Shown piece after piece: positions 26,400-39,680 of a stretch of DNA of 64,000 nucleotides. The notes under the pieces were generated by a model that saw nothing but the letters and a program-made list of their open reading frames with translations, was not told where the DNA came from and searched no databases. The stretch spans positions 1 through 64,000 of the forward strand of contig MU058475.1 of assembly GCA_013265495.1 (NCBI GenBank), given 5' to 3'. The position numbers and the translations under genes were made by a program. Within the stretch, counting starts at the first letter, position 1, and each line of letters starts with the position of its first letter. This stretch comes from Vicugna vicugna (taxonomy: Eukaryota).

Positions 26400-27100
26400 T
26401 CACACTGTGATCTATTTAACGCCCCAATTATTTTTCACATGAATGGCCAAGATGCTTTTCTCATATTTAAACATTTAAACCCAAACTTGACATTCACCTG
26501 GCTGGCATCTTCCTCATGGACCTGAGCCCACCGTTCCAGGTTGCCGCACTGATGTGCTGAGTTTGACCTACATACCAGCTTCCCTATCAGTCCTGGATCC
26601 CACAAGTCCAGATGTAGCAAGCACATCTTCCACTTCCAGACACTGAGAAACAAGAGCAGAGCATTCCACTCTCCCTATGACATCCGTCCAGTTTTTAATG
26701 TAATTGTTCAACCAACTCACCATGGACCTAATAGTGCTAGTACTCAAGCCATATATTTCCCTACTGCACGTGCAAGAGTTTATGAGAGTACAAAAATGGT
26801 CTCTGTGGGCTCCTCTAAGGTGTTCACTGAGCACTGGGATCCGAACAAGGAGTGGGGAGAGTTTGGCATGACCTGCACTAGTGGACGCCCAGCCATCTCT
26901 GTATCCTTCCTGTAATGGTCACAAATCGTATGTTCAACGGTCAACACCCAGAGTTCTCTGGGAAGCACTGCCAAGCACACCTACAGTTTCTTAGGATCTA
27001 TTATATGTTCCTTTAAAAAAAATGCTTGTCTGGTTCTAATCTTTTTGATATTTCTACCATTCTCTATGGTTCCTTAAAAATCACCCACAAAAAGTGTTCC
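26400..27100 (-). mobile_element. CR1/L3 LINE reverse-transcriptase remnant
   Basis: ORF 26568-26834 contains YGLSTSTIRSMVSWLNN, resembling the CR1 RT segment YGLDxxTVRWIxNWL. Confidence 0.55.
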
Positions 27101-29409
27101 AAATTAAATCCAGGAAGATCTTCAGAAGGCCCAGTGGTAGATCATCTGAGTCTGGAGTCTGGGCAGTGAACGCATCTTGCTCTGCCTTAGGTGATGCTGG
27201 CGCCTAAGAGGACGAGGCCAAGGATGGTGCAGCCAAGAGAAATTCTAATGTCCGTTATAACACGTGAAAGCTTCTCCAAGTGCAGAAATGGACAAAACCG
27301 AGTACTGGAGCCTTCCCCACCCCAGTGCATGTGGCTGGTCCAGACGTTTCCAAACCTACCAGCTGGAGTCCTCAGGGACTGAACTTTCCTGTGGGACCCT
27401 GGGTCCCGCAAGGGCTCAGATGGCGCTCCCTGGACAGCAGGGCATCTCAAATTAGAATGCAAGTGATATCATGAGATGTATCAGATTCAGACTGTTCCAT
27501 CCTCTCAAAACTTCAAGTTCTCTGTGACCCACTGGTCAAGGCAGGTATCCTCAGGTGTCACGTTGATAAATAGCTCCAAACATCTCTGGAGGGGCTCAGG
27601 GACCCTGGACATGAAAGGCGTGGCTAAGATGAGAAAGGGGAGAGTTTTTAAAGTCCTTCTTCAGTGGTTGGTTTGCATGAAATAAAAGCATTGGACCAAG
27701 CCCAAGCAGGACTGAAGATGTTCAGGTTAATCTGCTCCCTTTTGGCGTTAGATTTGGGGGTTTTGACAACAGTGGTCAACACATGACCAGAATTTTCTTA
27801 GAGGTTAGGGAACTAAGTTTGGGGGATGTGTAAAGGACTGAGATGCTGAAAAAAAGACTTAGTTCCTGAAGAGACTGATGGCTTGATATTTTTGAGAATC
27901 TGGAACCCCATTTTCAGCTTTCTGATTTGACACCGCCTTCAACCTGGTCCCCTCTGGGCACCTTGGCCAACCAAGAGTGCCAACTCAGCACCTTCTCACC
28001 GACAGGGGCTGAAGCCTGGACCTGGCTTCCCCGGAGAGACAGGTGTGGGTACTTGACTGGGGGATGTATCTGAAAAGTGGCCAGTAGAATTTATTCTATT
28101 GACAATAATCCTTGCCTGATGGTATTCTGCATAAACCCAGGCAGCTCGTAAAGCACCCAGGACTGTGGTCTGAGACAGAATCCCATCGCCCACGGAGAAG
28201 ATCTGAGGCCTAAAAGATGCTGACCCGATGTCCACTGAGCGCCTGCACGGCCCGCTGGTGCGCTCAGCAGGGGGCTGCTTTCTGTGTGTCTCGGCCCACA
28301 GAACACTGCCACCTTGTGTCCCCATCACTGTTTACCACTGTCTGCAGCCCCACAGGTGTCAACCAGAGTGTGAGGCTAGCACCGAGACCCAACTGCAGTG
28401 AGCAGCTGACCAGGTCCTAGCCCATCCCTCAGTCCTGCGAGAAGTAAGGGCACACTGGGGCCAGGGCAATGTGGGGAGGGGCCGGGGTTGTCCACTGAAG
28501 GCCCCAGGGAGGACGCAGCCACCGTGTTGTGATCCGTGTCCCGTCCCGCTCCCTGAATGAGCAGTGATGCGGGCACTGGTCAGGGTGAGCACAAGGCTGG
28601 GGGGAGGGCGGTACCTACACTCATATGACCCAGGGTTTGTGGTCCCCAGAGAACAGTACCCAACCTCTGAGGACCTTCAGGGCCATCTCCCTCTTGAAGG
28701 CTGGAGGAAGAGCACCTGAAGTTGCTCTCCTGCCGGCAGGCCAGACAACTGGGTATGCTGGGCGAAGCCTCCTTCTCCAGGGGTGCCGGCAGATACCAGC
28801 CAAATCATGGTTGGAAGCAAACCACACGGCTTTCCTCTCCCTGGCCCTGACCCCTGGGCCCTCTGCGCCCACTACAGTTAAATCCTGGTGATCTTGGTTC
28901 CCAAACTCACCCAGGAGCCCATGAGAATACCTTCCCAGATCTGTCCTTCTTAACCCAAGGGCCCAATAGGGCTCCGGTTTCCACTCAGAGCCCAGAAATC
29001 TGAGCCTTCAGATTTGACAAGTTCCTTTAAACAAACATGCCACCTCCCCCATCTCCCCTCCCACCTGCCACACAAGTTGGAGAAGTTGGAAGGAACAGGA
29101 GCCCCCAGCCTCAGGCCTTCTGGCTGAGTTCCCAGATGTAAACGTGAAGATTTGCCCTGGAGCAAGACTCAAGGCAGTGAGTGACCCCAAGTACCTCTTG
29201 TGAATGGTGTTCTGTATTCGGAGTGCTCCAGGCCTTTGCTGGCTCTGGGGTCAGCTCCAGGGCCCCTGGTGCCCAGGCGATGCCCGGGAAGTCTCAGGAA
29301 TCCAACGTGGACAAGATGCTCGCCCTGGGTCCCACAGGTTTGGGTCTCTTCACTGGAACCTGAGCTTCTCAAGGGCTGGGTGCATGTCTGATGATTCTGG
29401 TACCAATTC

Positions 29410-29970
29410 CAACCAGCAGTGCTTTGGTGGGACAGTGGGACAGCTCTGGTGGGAAAACTGGCTGGGTGTCCTACAATTCAACTCAGTTCTTACACTGTCT
29501 ACCTGAGATGATGTCAGATCCCACAGGTTAAGGGTTCAGCTACACAAGACTGGCCCTCACTTCAGACATCACTAACATGTTCGGGTTGTCGCCTGTGCTT
29601 CTGACCAACTGGTTATAATTTGGAGGTTCCACAGACCCCCTCCTCGGGTTTGACTAACTTGCTTCAGCAGCTCACAGAAGTTAGAGAAACACTTTACTTA
29701 CTAGATCACCAGTTTAGCAAAAAGGATATAAGTCAGGAACAGCCAGATGCAGGAGACAGAGGGCAAGGTGCAGGGAAAGGGTGTGGAGCTCCCATGCTCT
29801 CTCCAGACGTGTCACTCTCCCCCACCACCAGGAAGCTCTCCAAATCCCATCTTTTTGGGTTTTTATGGAGGCTTCATCACATGGAAGTGGTTGGTAAAGT
29901 CATTGGCCATTGGTGACTGAGTCAGTCTCCAGCCCGTCTCCTCCCAGGAAATCAAGGTGTTAGAGATGGG
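29410..29970 (-). mobile_element. MER21-like LTR
   Basis: gctgggtgtcctacaattcaactcagttct ... gtcagatcccacaggttaagggttcag; homologous to 23150-23400. Confidence 0.7.
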
Positions 29971-31039
29971 TCAGTCGGCTAGTTAACAGGATTCTACTGT
30001 TTTCCTGTGTCTTGTGTATTTGTGGCCTTTGTTGGCTTTTTAAGTCTTTTTTCACTTTACCCTTGAAGGCTTTTAAAATCTTATCATTTGTTATGTTCTC
30101 TCATTCTAAAGAAATAATTTATTTGGAACCAATTTTTAAAAAAAAAAATTTGAATTCCTTTTCTCGGAGAGGCCCTTCAAAACCATATAAGCATCAGGCC
30201 CCTAGGAGCTGGCCCTGGCACTGACTGTGGGCTAGCACTGGCAGACACTCTTCTGGGCCCCCAAGATATGGCAGGGAGCAAAACAGACAAGCCCCCTGCC
30301 CCGTGGGTTTGCCCAGGGCCCAGGACAGTGCCAGCACTCAGCAAAACTAATGAACATCACCTAACCCAACTGCACCCTGGAAGGAGTCAGCTCCTTAGGG
30401 AGGCCCAGGGCTGATCCCAACCACACCCAGGGGCCCTGGGACAGATCTTCAGAACCAGCCCCTAACCCTTCAGGGTCATGGGTCCAGGCTGGCATCAGCT
30501 GCCCCTGCCTCTGTCGGGCACACAGGCTGAGAAAGTCTTCTGTCCAGGCACGAGCTGGTGGCCCATGGCCTGCACACCCCCTTGGCCTGTCCCCTGGCCT
30601 GAAATGTTTCCACATAGGTGACTTTTTGTATTTCTTGTTGTTCTTGTTGTTCTTCTTGTTTCTTGCTCAACGTCTATGCTCCAAGCCTCACCACTTAACA
30701 TTGCGGTGTTCTTGAGGACGCATCTGCCGCCTCGTTTATTGTTCCCTTAAGATAAATTCCTGAAAGTAAAATCACAGAACAAGCAATGGTTGTGGCTTTG
30801 GGTTTTAATCTCCCAAATGGCTTTCAGGAAAGTTTCCGATTCCCCTGTCCCCAGCAGTGTTGGGGGGCCCACCTCACCCTTCTCCCCAGTACTTGGGCAT
30901 TTGCTTCTTAAATAGAGCCAATTTGCTACAGAAACAGTGGCAACTCCTTTTAAGGAGTTTAAAGGGTCATGACTTTGATCTCAAATAGTGTTAAATATTT
31001 TTTTGTGTACTGGTTTATGCATTTATGTCCCTTGTGTTT

Positions 31040-31140
31040 CTATATATTATTTATTTTTTATGGAGGTACTGGGGATTGAACCCAGGACCTTGTACGCACT
31101 AAGTATGTGCTCAACCACTGAGCTATACCCCTTCTCCCAT
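31040..31140 (-). mobile_element. Vic-1-like SINE
   Basis: ggaggtactggggattgaacccaggacc...accactgagctataccc. Confidence 0.85.
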
Positions 31141-31429
31141 CTTAAATTAGTTGTTTATACACGTCCTTCTCCTGTTTTTCTATTGGGTTTTTCTTAAGGT
31201 CAGTGTTCCGTTGTCTTCGGCGGGACTGCTTGAACCATTGCCCAAATCCGGGCCCGTAGTCTCCCCATCCGTTGTCTGAACATGAATTTGGTGGCTGTGT
31301 TCCATCAGTCCTACCGCCTGCATCCCAGACATACGGTGGACTCTGTCTTCGTTGAATAGACGTATTCAGGGCACCAACTAGGGCGTGAAGGGTAGCGTGA
31401 GAACTGACCTGCGAGGAGATGAGCACTTA

Positions 31430-32000
31430 AGCCGGCAACCATCTCTTAGCGCAAGCGCAGAGCTGGCTCACCCGGGGCCCTTCCCTGCCAGGCCGGCAGC
31501 TGCGCATGCGTCCTCCAGCGCCCAGGCCTCAGGGCTCCTGTGCAAACCCTCCCTGGGCAGGACATAGAAAACCTTTCCCAGTCTGGCGCCTGCCGGCCTT
31601 TCCAGCCTCCCCTCCCGAGCCCATGCAACGCAAGCTGCGTCCAGGTCCCTGCGTGCAGACACCTTCCCGCCTTGGTGTGTTTCCCTAGCAAACTCCGGCT
31701 CGGTCGCCAGGGCTCGCTGCACGCATCGCGGCTTCCAGAAGCCTCCCTGCCGCCCCCACCCTCACCGGGCTCATCTCCGCGGCTCCAGGGGCCCGTCCCT
31801 GCCACCGCGCTGTGCCCTCTCTGACGTCAGGAGCCGCCGCTTCCCTCCGCACTGCCCCTCGCCCGGAGCGAGGCCGGGTGCGTTCCGCGGGGAGAAAGTC
31901 CGGGAGAGGCAGGCGGCTCCGGGCCTCCGCAGAGCTGGCGCTGCGGAACGAGCTTCCAGCTTCCGAGGGGCAGCTCCTCCCGCACAGGAGGGACGCCATC
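31430..32000 (+). promoter_or_regulatory. Orphan CpG island with NRF1-like, CRE and YY1-like motifs
   Basis: TGCGCATGCG 31501-31510, TGACGTCA 31822-31829, CGCCATC ~31994; CpG-rich. Confidence 0.55.
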
Positions 32001-33044
32001 CTTGCTGTCAGAGGTGGTGGGAATATTAGGGTCGTTGTTTCATCTCTTTTAAAATGGAAGTGGAAGTCATCCGCAGTTCCACACTGAGCAGGAAGACGAC
32101 CTTCGTGGAAGGTAAAGCCATTGGTTAAGGGTGAGACTTCTCACTTGACAAGAGAAATGAATGTATGAAGCCAAGGTGGTGTAATTACAGCCTAATTACG
32201 CTCTCTCTTTAGGGTTTCAGCTACCACCAGGTGTGAGTGTCAAGGGGACCACACCATCTGCTCATGTAATTAGATCTGTCCGTGATTTGTCCCCTACGAC
32301 TTTCAGGCATAGAAGCCAGTGCACCGCCTGCTGGGGGCTGGGGCAGGAGCAGCGTCTGCTGTGCTAAACACCATTTGTCGGCCCTGCTGGATGGTGGATC
32401 TACCGGGAGACTCTGCGATCCTTCACCGGGAGCCTGGGTGCTGCCCGAAGGCAGCATCCCGAGTTAGCAGCCAGGGTCCTGCCTGCCGGCTCTGCACAGT
32501 TCACCAGCCTCATGGCCTCATCAGTGGCTTGGGTGATTCCTCTGTGCCACGTGCTGGAGGCGCAAGTGATGTTCCAGGAAACAAAAGTCGGGTGAGGGGC
32601 CCTCGGCACCCTGCCCCAATCCAGTGCTCTCCTGGGTGATTTTTCTTTTGGACGTCAGTTCCCTCAAGGGCTTCATTATGCCAAGATCTGAAGCGCTACT
32701 TATCAAAGCCATTCCACAAAGACCATCTCCTACTTCCAGGAGTCGGCAAGCTAAAACCCCAGGGACGCAAAGGAAGGAGGCTGTGCACACAGCAGCAGCA
32801 CAAGCCCATGGGCCGTGGAGACCTCAGCTCTCCCCACGGGCTGTAAGTCTTCCTGTTCCTGGAGCAGCTGCTCACCAAAGTCTGTCTGCATGAGTGTCAT
32901 CTGGGACTTTATTCAACTGCAGGTGTCACATCTTCCCCTCAATTCTGACTGGTTGGAGCCCACACACCTCAGGGGACTCCGATGCAGACAGCCTGAGGGC
33001 CACACTGGGTTGAGCAGATTGAACTGGGAGTTAGAGGGTCAGGC

Positions 33045-33190
33045 TTAAACCGTGGTCCACAGACTGGCAGCATTGCCTCACCTGGAGCATGTTACAAGGT
33101 ACAATCTCAGACCCCCAGATCTACTGAATTAGAACCTGCATTTCAATAGGTGATACTATGCACCCCCAAAATTTGAGACACACCGACCCA
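33045..33190. mobile_element. MER5-like hAT DNA transposon remnant
   Basis: gtggtccacagactggcagcattgcctcacctggagc...agatctactgaattagaacctgcattt. Confidence 0.65.
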
Positions 33191-34749
33191 ACTGTGGGGG
33201 AGGGGAAATTGAGAAAAAGGCAAAGCGGGGTCCTACAAGATTCATAAGGAAACACAAGTCACCCTGGGGAAAGTTGGAGATGTTTGGAGGTACAGTGTGT
33301 TCTCTCCCAGGGTGTGACTTCTCAGGCAGGGAGGCAGGCTGTACTCCATCTGCCATGGATAGGGAGGTGTTACATGATCAACATGGGTGAGCAGGGGATG
33401 GTGTTCTCTCTGGAATGCTGGACACATCTTCAAGTATGAACACACTCAAAGACCAAAGTCCAGGGCTCTGAAATGGGTGACGTTCTCAAGGAGCACAAAA
33501 AGGAAACTGCAGGCTGATTTTGCTGTTCGTTCCAAATTCACTTGTTTATTTGTGATAGAACACAGATGTCCACTGGGACCCCCTTACACCATAGGTCTAA
33601 GTTTGGCTGAGACCCACCTCCAACCCCACTGTCAATCTTGGGGCCCATCCTGACATCCTTGACCCCCACCCCCACCCCACCACCCCACCTCCGATTCCTA
33701 CCATTAGCGCACACAGTGTATGCCGGCCCCCTGGCAAAACTGAGCCTCTGCAGCTGCCCGACCAGAAATTCACTCATCTGGAGCATTTGGTGAATTTCTA
33801 AATAAAGTGTATTTTATTGAAGATTAGGGCCAGTACAGAGGGGCTTTTTTCCCCCTCACTGGCCCTTTTCCCATCTGTGGGTCAAGCAGCTTATGGTTAT
33901 GTGCTTCCAAATAAATACCTGTGCTTCTCCTCGGAGAACTTTCTATAAGTAACAGCTCCTCCACCTGTGGCAGTGGAGTGGCCAGTTCCTGTTAAGGCTG
34001 AAGGTCAGACAGGATGAACCAAAACTGATCTCACTTATTTCTTAGACTGAAATGAAGATGCACTAACCAAGCCTAACTCCTCCTTGGCAAGTCCCTCCTC
34101 CCACCTTAAACACTAGATTTCTGATGGGGAATCTGGGCTAGAAGAAGAAACTCAGTGGGACCCCAGCTGAGGCTGTTCTGTGGTCTTAAGGATACACCTC
34201 ATGGTAGCCAAATGGACCTCTGGCCCTAGTGCCTTCCTGGGCTCAGTCTATTGTGACCAGGGGCCATTTTTGTAGACATAGTTATGTCACTGGTAGTCAC
34301 ATCCAAAATGCACTAGACTAGGACCTTTGTGTTGAGGAGGAAGTCCTGGGAGTACACTTCACCCCTCCCCGATCTGTGCCCTAGAAGAGTGAGCATGGAG
34401 GCTGGAAAGGGAGGTGACCCTCCCCGGCCCCAGCCTCCCTGCGATGGCGAGCACAGAGCAGGTGCAGGCGTGCGCCAGGGATGTGGAAGGCTGTGGCAGA
34501 CAAGGCTTAGGGGACTAGGAATTCTCGATTCGTGTTTGCCCTCCTATGAAATAATATGATGTGTCCTTTCTTTGCAGGGAAACTCTGAAAGGGTTTCTTT
34601 TTTTTTTTTTTGGCAAATAAATTCGAGGAAAATCGCTTGATGGAGAAGCAATTAGGCCTTCCACTTAGGGTGACTTGCAAGGAAATAGGCCACCCACAGT
34701 CTGTATCCAATTATAACGCTCCATTTTCTTCACCACATAAAGACAGGTC

Positions 34750-35700
34750 CCCCACGCGTGCAATGGGATGACGTCATAACTTCCGGGAAGCATCTTTCTT
34801 TTTCAGGCTCGAATATTTGCTTTTTCTTGTCCAGTTAGATTCTCCGTGGGAAGGTCTGAAATGCACCAGAGGCACACACACCGGGAACAGCAGAGCATGT
34901 GAAAAACAGAGCTGCGTCACAAGCAGCACTTTCTCTGCCTCCTTGTGGAACAGAACAGACACAGCCCTTCCCCCAACATCCATCAACATCCACGCCCCAG
35001 TCCTCGCCCCCACCCCGTGCATTAAAGGATGGTTCAGAAACAGGTGTTGACAGCCCTGAACGACCCCTGCCATGTGCCAAGCAATTGGGATGTTGAATCA
35101 GATGAATCCGGATCAAAGGGACGTTTATTTGATGATCAGTTCCCTGATCTGATAGGGCGGGAAGAGGGCGGTTCATTTTACATCCTTTGGCTCGAGGTGC
35201 TCCCTTAGCCTTTTTCTATCCCGACCTGTCCCGCTATCCCGTCTGTACCTCTGGTTTCCTCACGCACCAGACGAGAGAACTCTGGCCACCCCGGTGGCCC
35301 GAGTGCCCCGAGAGCTCAAAGGAGTGTCCGTGGTTCCTGCGCTGGGGGCGGTGGAGAGGCTGCAGGAACCACCTGGCGGGCACCCCGCGGGAGGCCCGGG
35401 AAGCCGCCAGGAAGGGCCCGGGAGGGAGCGGCGGGCTGCGCGCAGGAGGCGGAGCACAGGACAGCGGCTGCTCCCGTCGCCGCCCAGCCGGCTGCCCGGT
35501 CCCCGCAGGTCCCGGCGGGCCCGCGCCTCGGCCGGGCGGGGGCCCCCACGGGACGCGATCGAAGGCTGGAGGCTGCGTGACCAGGGCAAGGGCTCAGGGG
35601 AGACGCCAGGAGCACCTCTGATTCAGCCTCCCCAGGTGCGCCAGGGCCCAGCTAATCCCCGGCTCCACAACCCGACCCCGTAAATTCAGCCCTTCCCTCC
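34750..35700. promoter_or_regulatory. CRE + ETS/GAS composite element and adjacent CpG island
   Basis: TGACGTCA 34769-34776, ACTTCCGG 34779-34786 overlapping TTCCGGGAA 34781-34789; CpG-dense 35250-35700. Confidence 0.55.
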
Positions 35701-37404
35701 GTCTCAGGAAAGGTGGAAAGCTCACTGACCAGCAAGCAGGAGTGACATTAGTAAAGGGATCATTTTAACTCTGTATACACCCACTCAATCGCTTACCACC
35801 AGACGGTTTACTCTTAGGACGACAAATTACACGCAACCCGCCTGCTGAGGACGCGCTGACCTGGTCTGAGGGCAGGGACGTTCCGCCCCATTCCCCGGCA
35901 CCCAGGGATGGATGGGTTAGAAAGGCAGGCAGGCGAGTGCTGGAGGGGTGGACAGTGGGCTGGGCAGCCAAGGTGGACGAGAGAGTGGGGAGGCAGGAGT
36001 GGAGCATGAAGAGCCTTTCCCCAGGGCTGCCCGCAGCTCTTCTCGCCGGGACTGAGGGTCCACGTGGGGAGTGTCCGCACTCAGGTCCTCGCACTGGGGG
36101 CGAACAGCAGGCACGCGGCAGGTGCTCTGCTGGCAAACCCCTGCCGCTGGGAAAAGGCTTCAATTACGGTGGAATGCAGGCATGATGCCTTGAGACCATG
36201 GGCGTGGGGAGGGGCCCCCACAAACGCCGTCGCCGCGACTTGATACAGAGATACACCGACAAGACGGCAATCCTTCAGAGAGGAGAGGACGCCTGTACAG
36301 CCTCCTCCGGGGAAGGCAGCCTCCCTGGTTCAGGAGCCCCGAGGGATGTCACACAGCAGTGACGCACGCAGCCCTGGATTTGCAGTGCAGAGGTGCTTTC
36401 AAATAGGCTATGGCTGGTCCAGGGATCTGGCTACACAACACTGGATCACCTTCCAAACACATGGATCCACTCCAAATGGCCCTAGGGGATGGAGACTTGG
36501 TTTGAAGGTCACCAGAGTCCTCCAGGACCTTGCCCACCTGCAACCCCAGGGCTAGACACTCCTTTAAGGAGATGAAGCTGAGCACTGTCAGTTGCATGGA
36601 GTACACAAATGAGACAGACCCTGGTGTTCCCATGCTTCCAGTGAGGCTGTTCCTGTCCCTTGCGCCTGGGCAGACAGGGCCTTGATGCCAGGTTTATGGG
36701 GCAGGAGAGTGCTGGCACTGGGATGGAACGGTGGCAAAACAAACACTGGGGCTCTGGGCCCCTTAAGTGCTCCGCGTGGTTCTACAAAAAGCAACATGTA
36801 TGCTTTTCAAAACTGTGAAATCAAATTCATTCATTTGATCTGTCAAGGCAAGGTTCAGAGGCAAAAAGTATTCCAAAACAAACAAACAAAAGATTTTTAT
36901 TTGCAAAAAGGCAAGGGAGTCCTTCAATAAGACTAGCTCACCCAAGGAAAGATCTAATACATAGCTAACGTGACAAAAATCCCCAAGATCACCATGTTGA
37001 CATCTCTCTCTACATGATGGAAAAAGACCGGCTCCTCATACCCAGACGTCGTGTTAAAGTCTCAGACATTCACCCAAAAGCCCGGGACGAGGGGGTTCCT
37101 GCTGGGAGTCCAGGCTTACAGGCAATGCTCAAGATTGTGTTCTTTAGAGACTGAAACCAGGCAGCATGACTGTCTGCTTTTTATTTTGTATGAAGGTACA
37201 AAGTGCTTTCCCCTCCCTGACAGTGGAAAACGATCTGCACCCACAGTGATCGTGGGGACTGGGCCAACTGCCAGTCTCCAGGGGTGAATCATTTGTTTAC
37301 ATTCTGATCCGTTCCTCTGCTTATTACAGTATCATCCAGGACACTCAAAGACGTAATCAGAATCAGTATCACTCCAAAGAGGACACTTTTTCCTTCTGCT
37401 CAGA

Positions 37405-37786
37405 TCAGGAAGTCACCAGCGCCGTGAGGAAGAGTGGCTTAAACAAAAATGACACGTGTCGTTTCACAGGGAAGAAGAGAGGAGATCAAGTCGTGCCAGC
37501 GCTGCTCGATTCTGCCTCTTTCAGCTTTTTTCTTTTCTCTGAACACGCGCTGAGACACATGAATCATTACATCTGTTGATTCTGATGAGGCAGAATATCT
37601 TGAGACATCACTATTCTCGGTACTTCCTCTCCACCCTGTGACTCTCACCATTAAAGAGGCCGCATTCTGTTGTCTCAGGAGAGGCGAGTATCCTTGGCTT
37701 TGATGAATAACCTAGGGTCTTGAAGCCCTCACCGGAAATACAAAAGTCCCCAAAGTCAAGGCTTTTATCTACAAGCACCTGACTCT
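37405..37786 (-). pseudogene. Two candidate terminal exons (37786-37649, 37538-37405)
   Basis: ttattcttactcag|...ATG|gtgaga is 138 nt and open only in the phase-1 frame (SQVLVDKSLDFGDFCISGEGF...ECGLFN). The last exon ends in hydrophobic SFLFKPLFLTALVTS*. Confidence 0.5.
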
Positions 37787-38127
37787 CTGAGTAAGAATAA
37801 TAAGAGTGCTGGTGTCTCATAAAGGACTCAGAGTGAAAGGACCCAACACACACACGCACAGGTGGGCTTGTGCGCAGACACGCATGCGTATTTGTACCCG
37901 CCCATCCCCCTCAAACACACACAGGAAGAGCTCATGTTTAACCAATTCATTCGCCTCTCCAAGAGGAGAGAGGAGCTTTCTGGGCTGGAGACTTGGGCCT
38001 GTTTTGCCAAGAAGACCCACCTTTGATTCAAGCTCCCGCCCTTCTCCCGGAACCTCTGAGAAGGCCCTGGCCTCTCCTAGTCCTTCACTGAACAAGTGGT
38101 TACTGAACTTTGCAAAATGGAGGCCCT

Positions 38128-39380
38128 TGGCTTAAAGACTTAAACATAAGACAAGACACGATAAACCTCCTAGAAGTAAACATAGGCAAAACATTTTCTG
38201 ACAGAAATCTTAGCAAGGTTCTCCTGGGGCAGTCTACCCAGGCAATAGAAATAAAAGCAANNNNNNNNNNNNNNNNNNNNNNNNNNNNNNNNNNNNNNNN
38301 NNNNNNNNNNNNNNNNNNNNNNNNNNNNNNNNNNNNNNNNNNNNNNNNNNNNNNNNNNNNNNNNNNNNNNNNNNNNNNNNNNNNTCCAGAATATCAACTC
38401 ATAAAACTTAATAAGAAAAAAACAAACAACCCAATCCAAAAATGGGCAGAAGACATAAACAAGCAATTCTCCAGTGAAGACATAGTATGGCCAATAGGCA
38501 CATGAAAAGATGCTCAATATCACTAATTATCAGAGAAATGCAGATCAATATACAAGGTATCACTTCACACCAACCAGAATGGCCATCATTCAAAAGTCCA
38601 AAGGATAAATGATGGAGAGGGTATGGAGAACAGGAAACCCACCTACGATGTTGGTGGGAATGTAGTTTGGTGCAGAGACTATGGAAAACAGTATGGAAAA
38701 CTAAAAATAGACTTATCCTGTGATCCAGCAGTCCCACTCCTGGGCATACATCCAGAGGGAACCTAAATTTAAAAAGATACATGCGCCCCAACCTTTACAA
38801 TAGACAAAACATTGAAACAACCTAAATGTGCATCAATAGATGACTGGATAAAGAAGCTGTGGTATATTTATAAATGGAATACTACTCCAGCATTAAAAAA
38901 GAATAAAATACTGCCATTTTTAGCAACATGGATGGACCTGGAGATCATCATTCAAATGAAGTAAGCCAGAAAGAGAAAGAAAAATACCATATGATATCAT
39001 TTATATGTGGAATCTAAAAAAAGACACCAATGAACTTGTTTACAAGACAGAAACAAACTCACAGACATAGAAAACAAACTTACGGTTACTGGGGTGGGGG
39101 AGGAGATGAGAAGGGATCGATTGGGAGTTTGAGATTTGCAGATACTAAGTACTACCTGTGAAATAGATAAACAACAAGTGCCTACTGTAGAGCACAGGGA
39201 ACTGTATTCAGTACCTTGTAGCAGCCTGTAATGACAAAGAATATGAAAAGGAATATATGTCTGCATACGGATGACTGAAACATCATGCTGTGCACCAGAA
39301 ACTGACACACTGTAAACTGACTATGCTTCAATTTTAAGTGTTTTAATACAATTAAAAAAAACATTTTTAATAAAAAATTT
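38128..39380 (+). mobile_element. 5'-truncated L1 (ORF2 C-terminus + 3'UTR)
   Basis: WLKDLNIRQDTINLLEVNIG and [13 protein letters not shown]2 motifs; L1 tail and A-rich end. Confidence 0.92.
38261..38384. other. Assembly gap (124 N)
   Basis: Run of N inside the L1. Confidence 1.
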
Positions 39381-39387
39381 TTAAAAA

Positions 39388-39680
39388 GTTAAAATGAGAT
39401 CATTAGGGTGAGCTCTAATCCAATATTGCTGGTGTCCTTATAAAAAGGGGAAACAGATCTGTGCGGAGGATGCCACGTGAAGAAGACCGCCATCTGCAAG
39501 CCGAGGAGAGAGTCTACCTCACAGGACTGTGAGGGAACAACTCTACGGACGCCCTGATCTTGAACCTCCAGCCTCCTGAACCATGAGACACTCGATGGTG
39601 TTGTTTAAGCCCACCCCAGCCCCCAGCACGCCCATCTGTGGTCCCGTGTTGTGGCAGCCCGGGGCAGACTAATTCAGGGA
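39388..39680 (+). mobile_element. MLT1A/B-like LTR
   Basis: aaaatgagatcattagggtgagctctaatccaat...ggtgtccttataaaaagggg ... tgttgtttaagcc. Confidence 0.75.
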
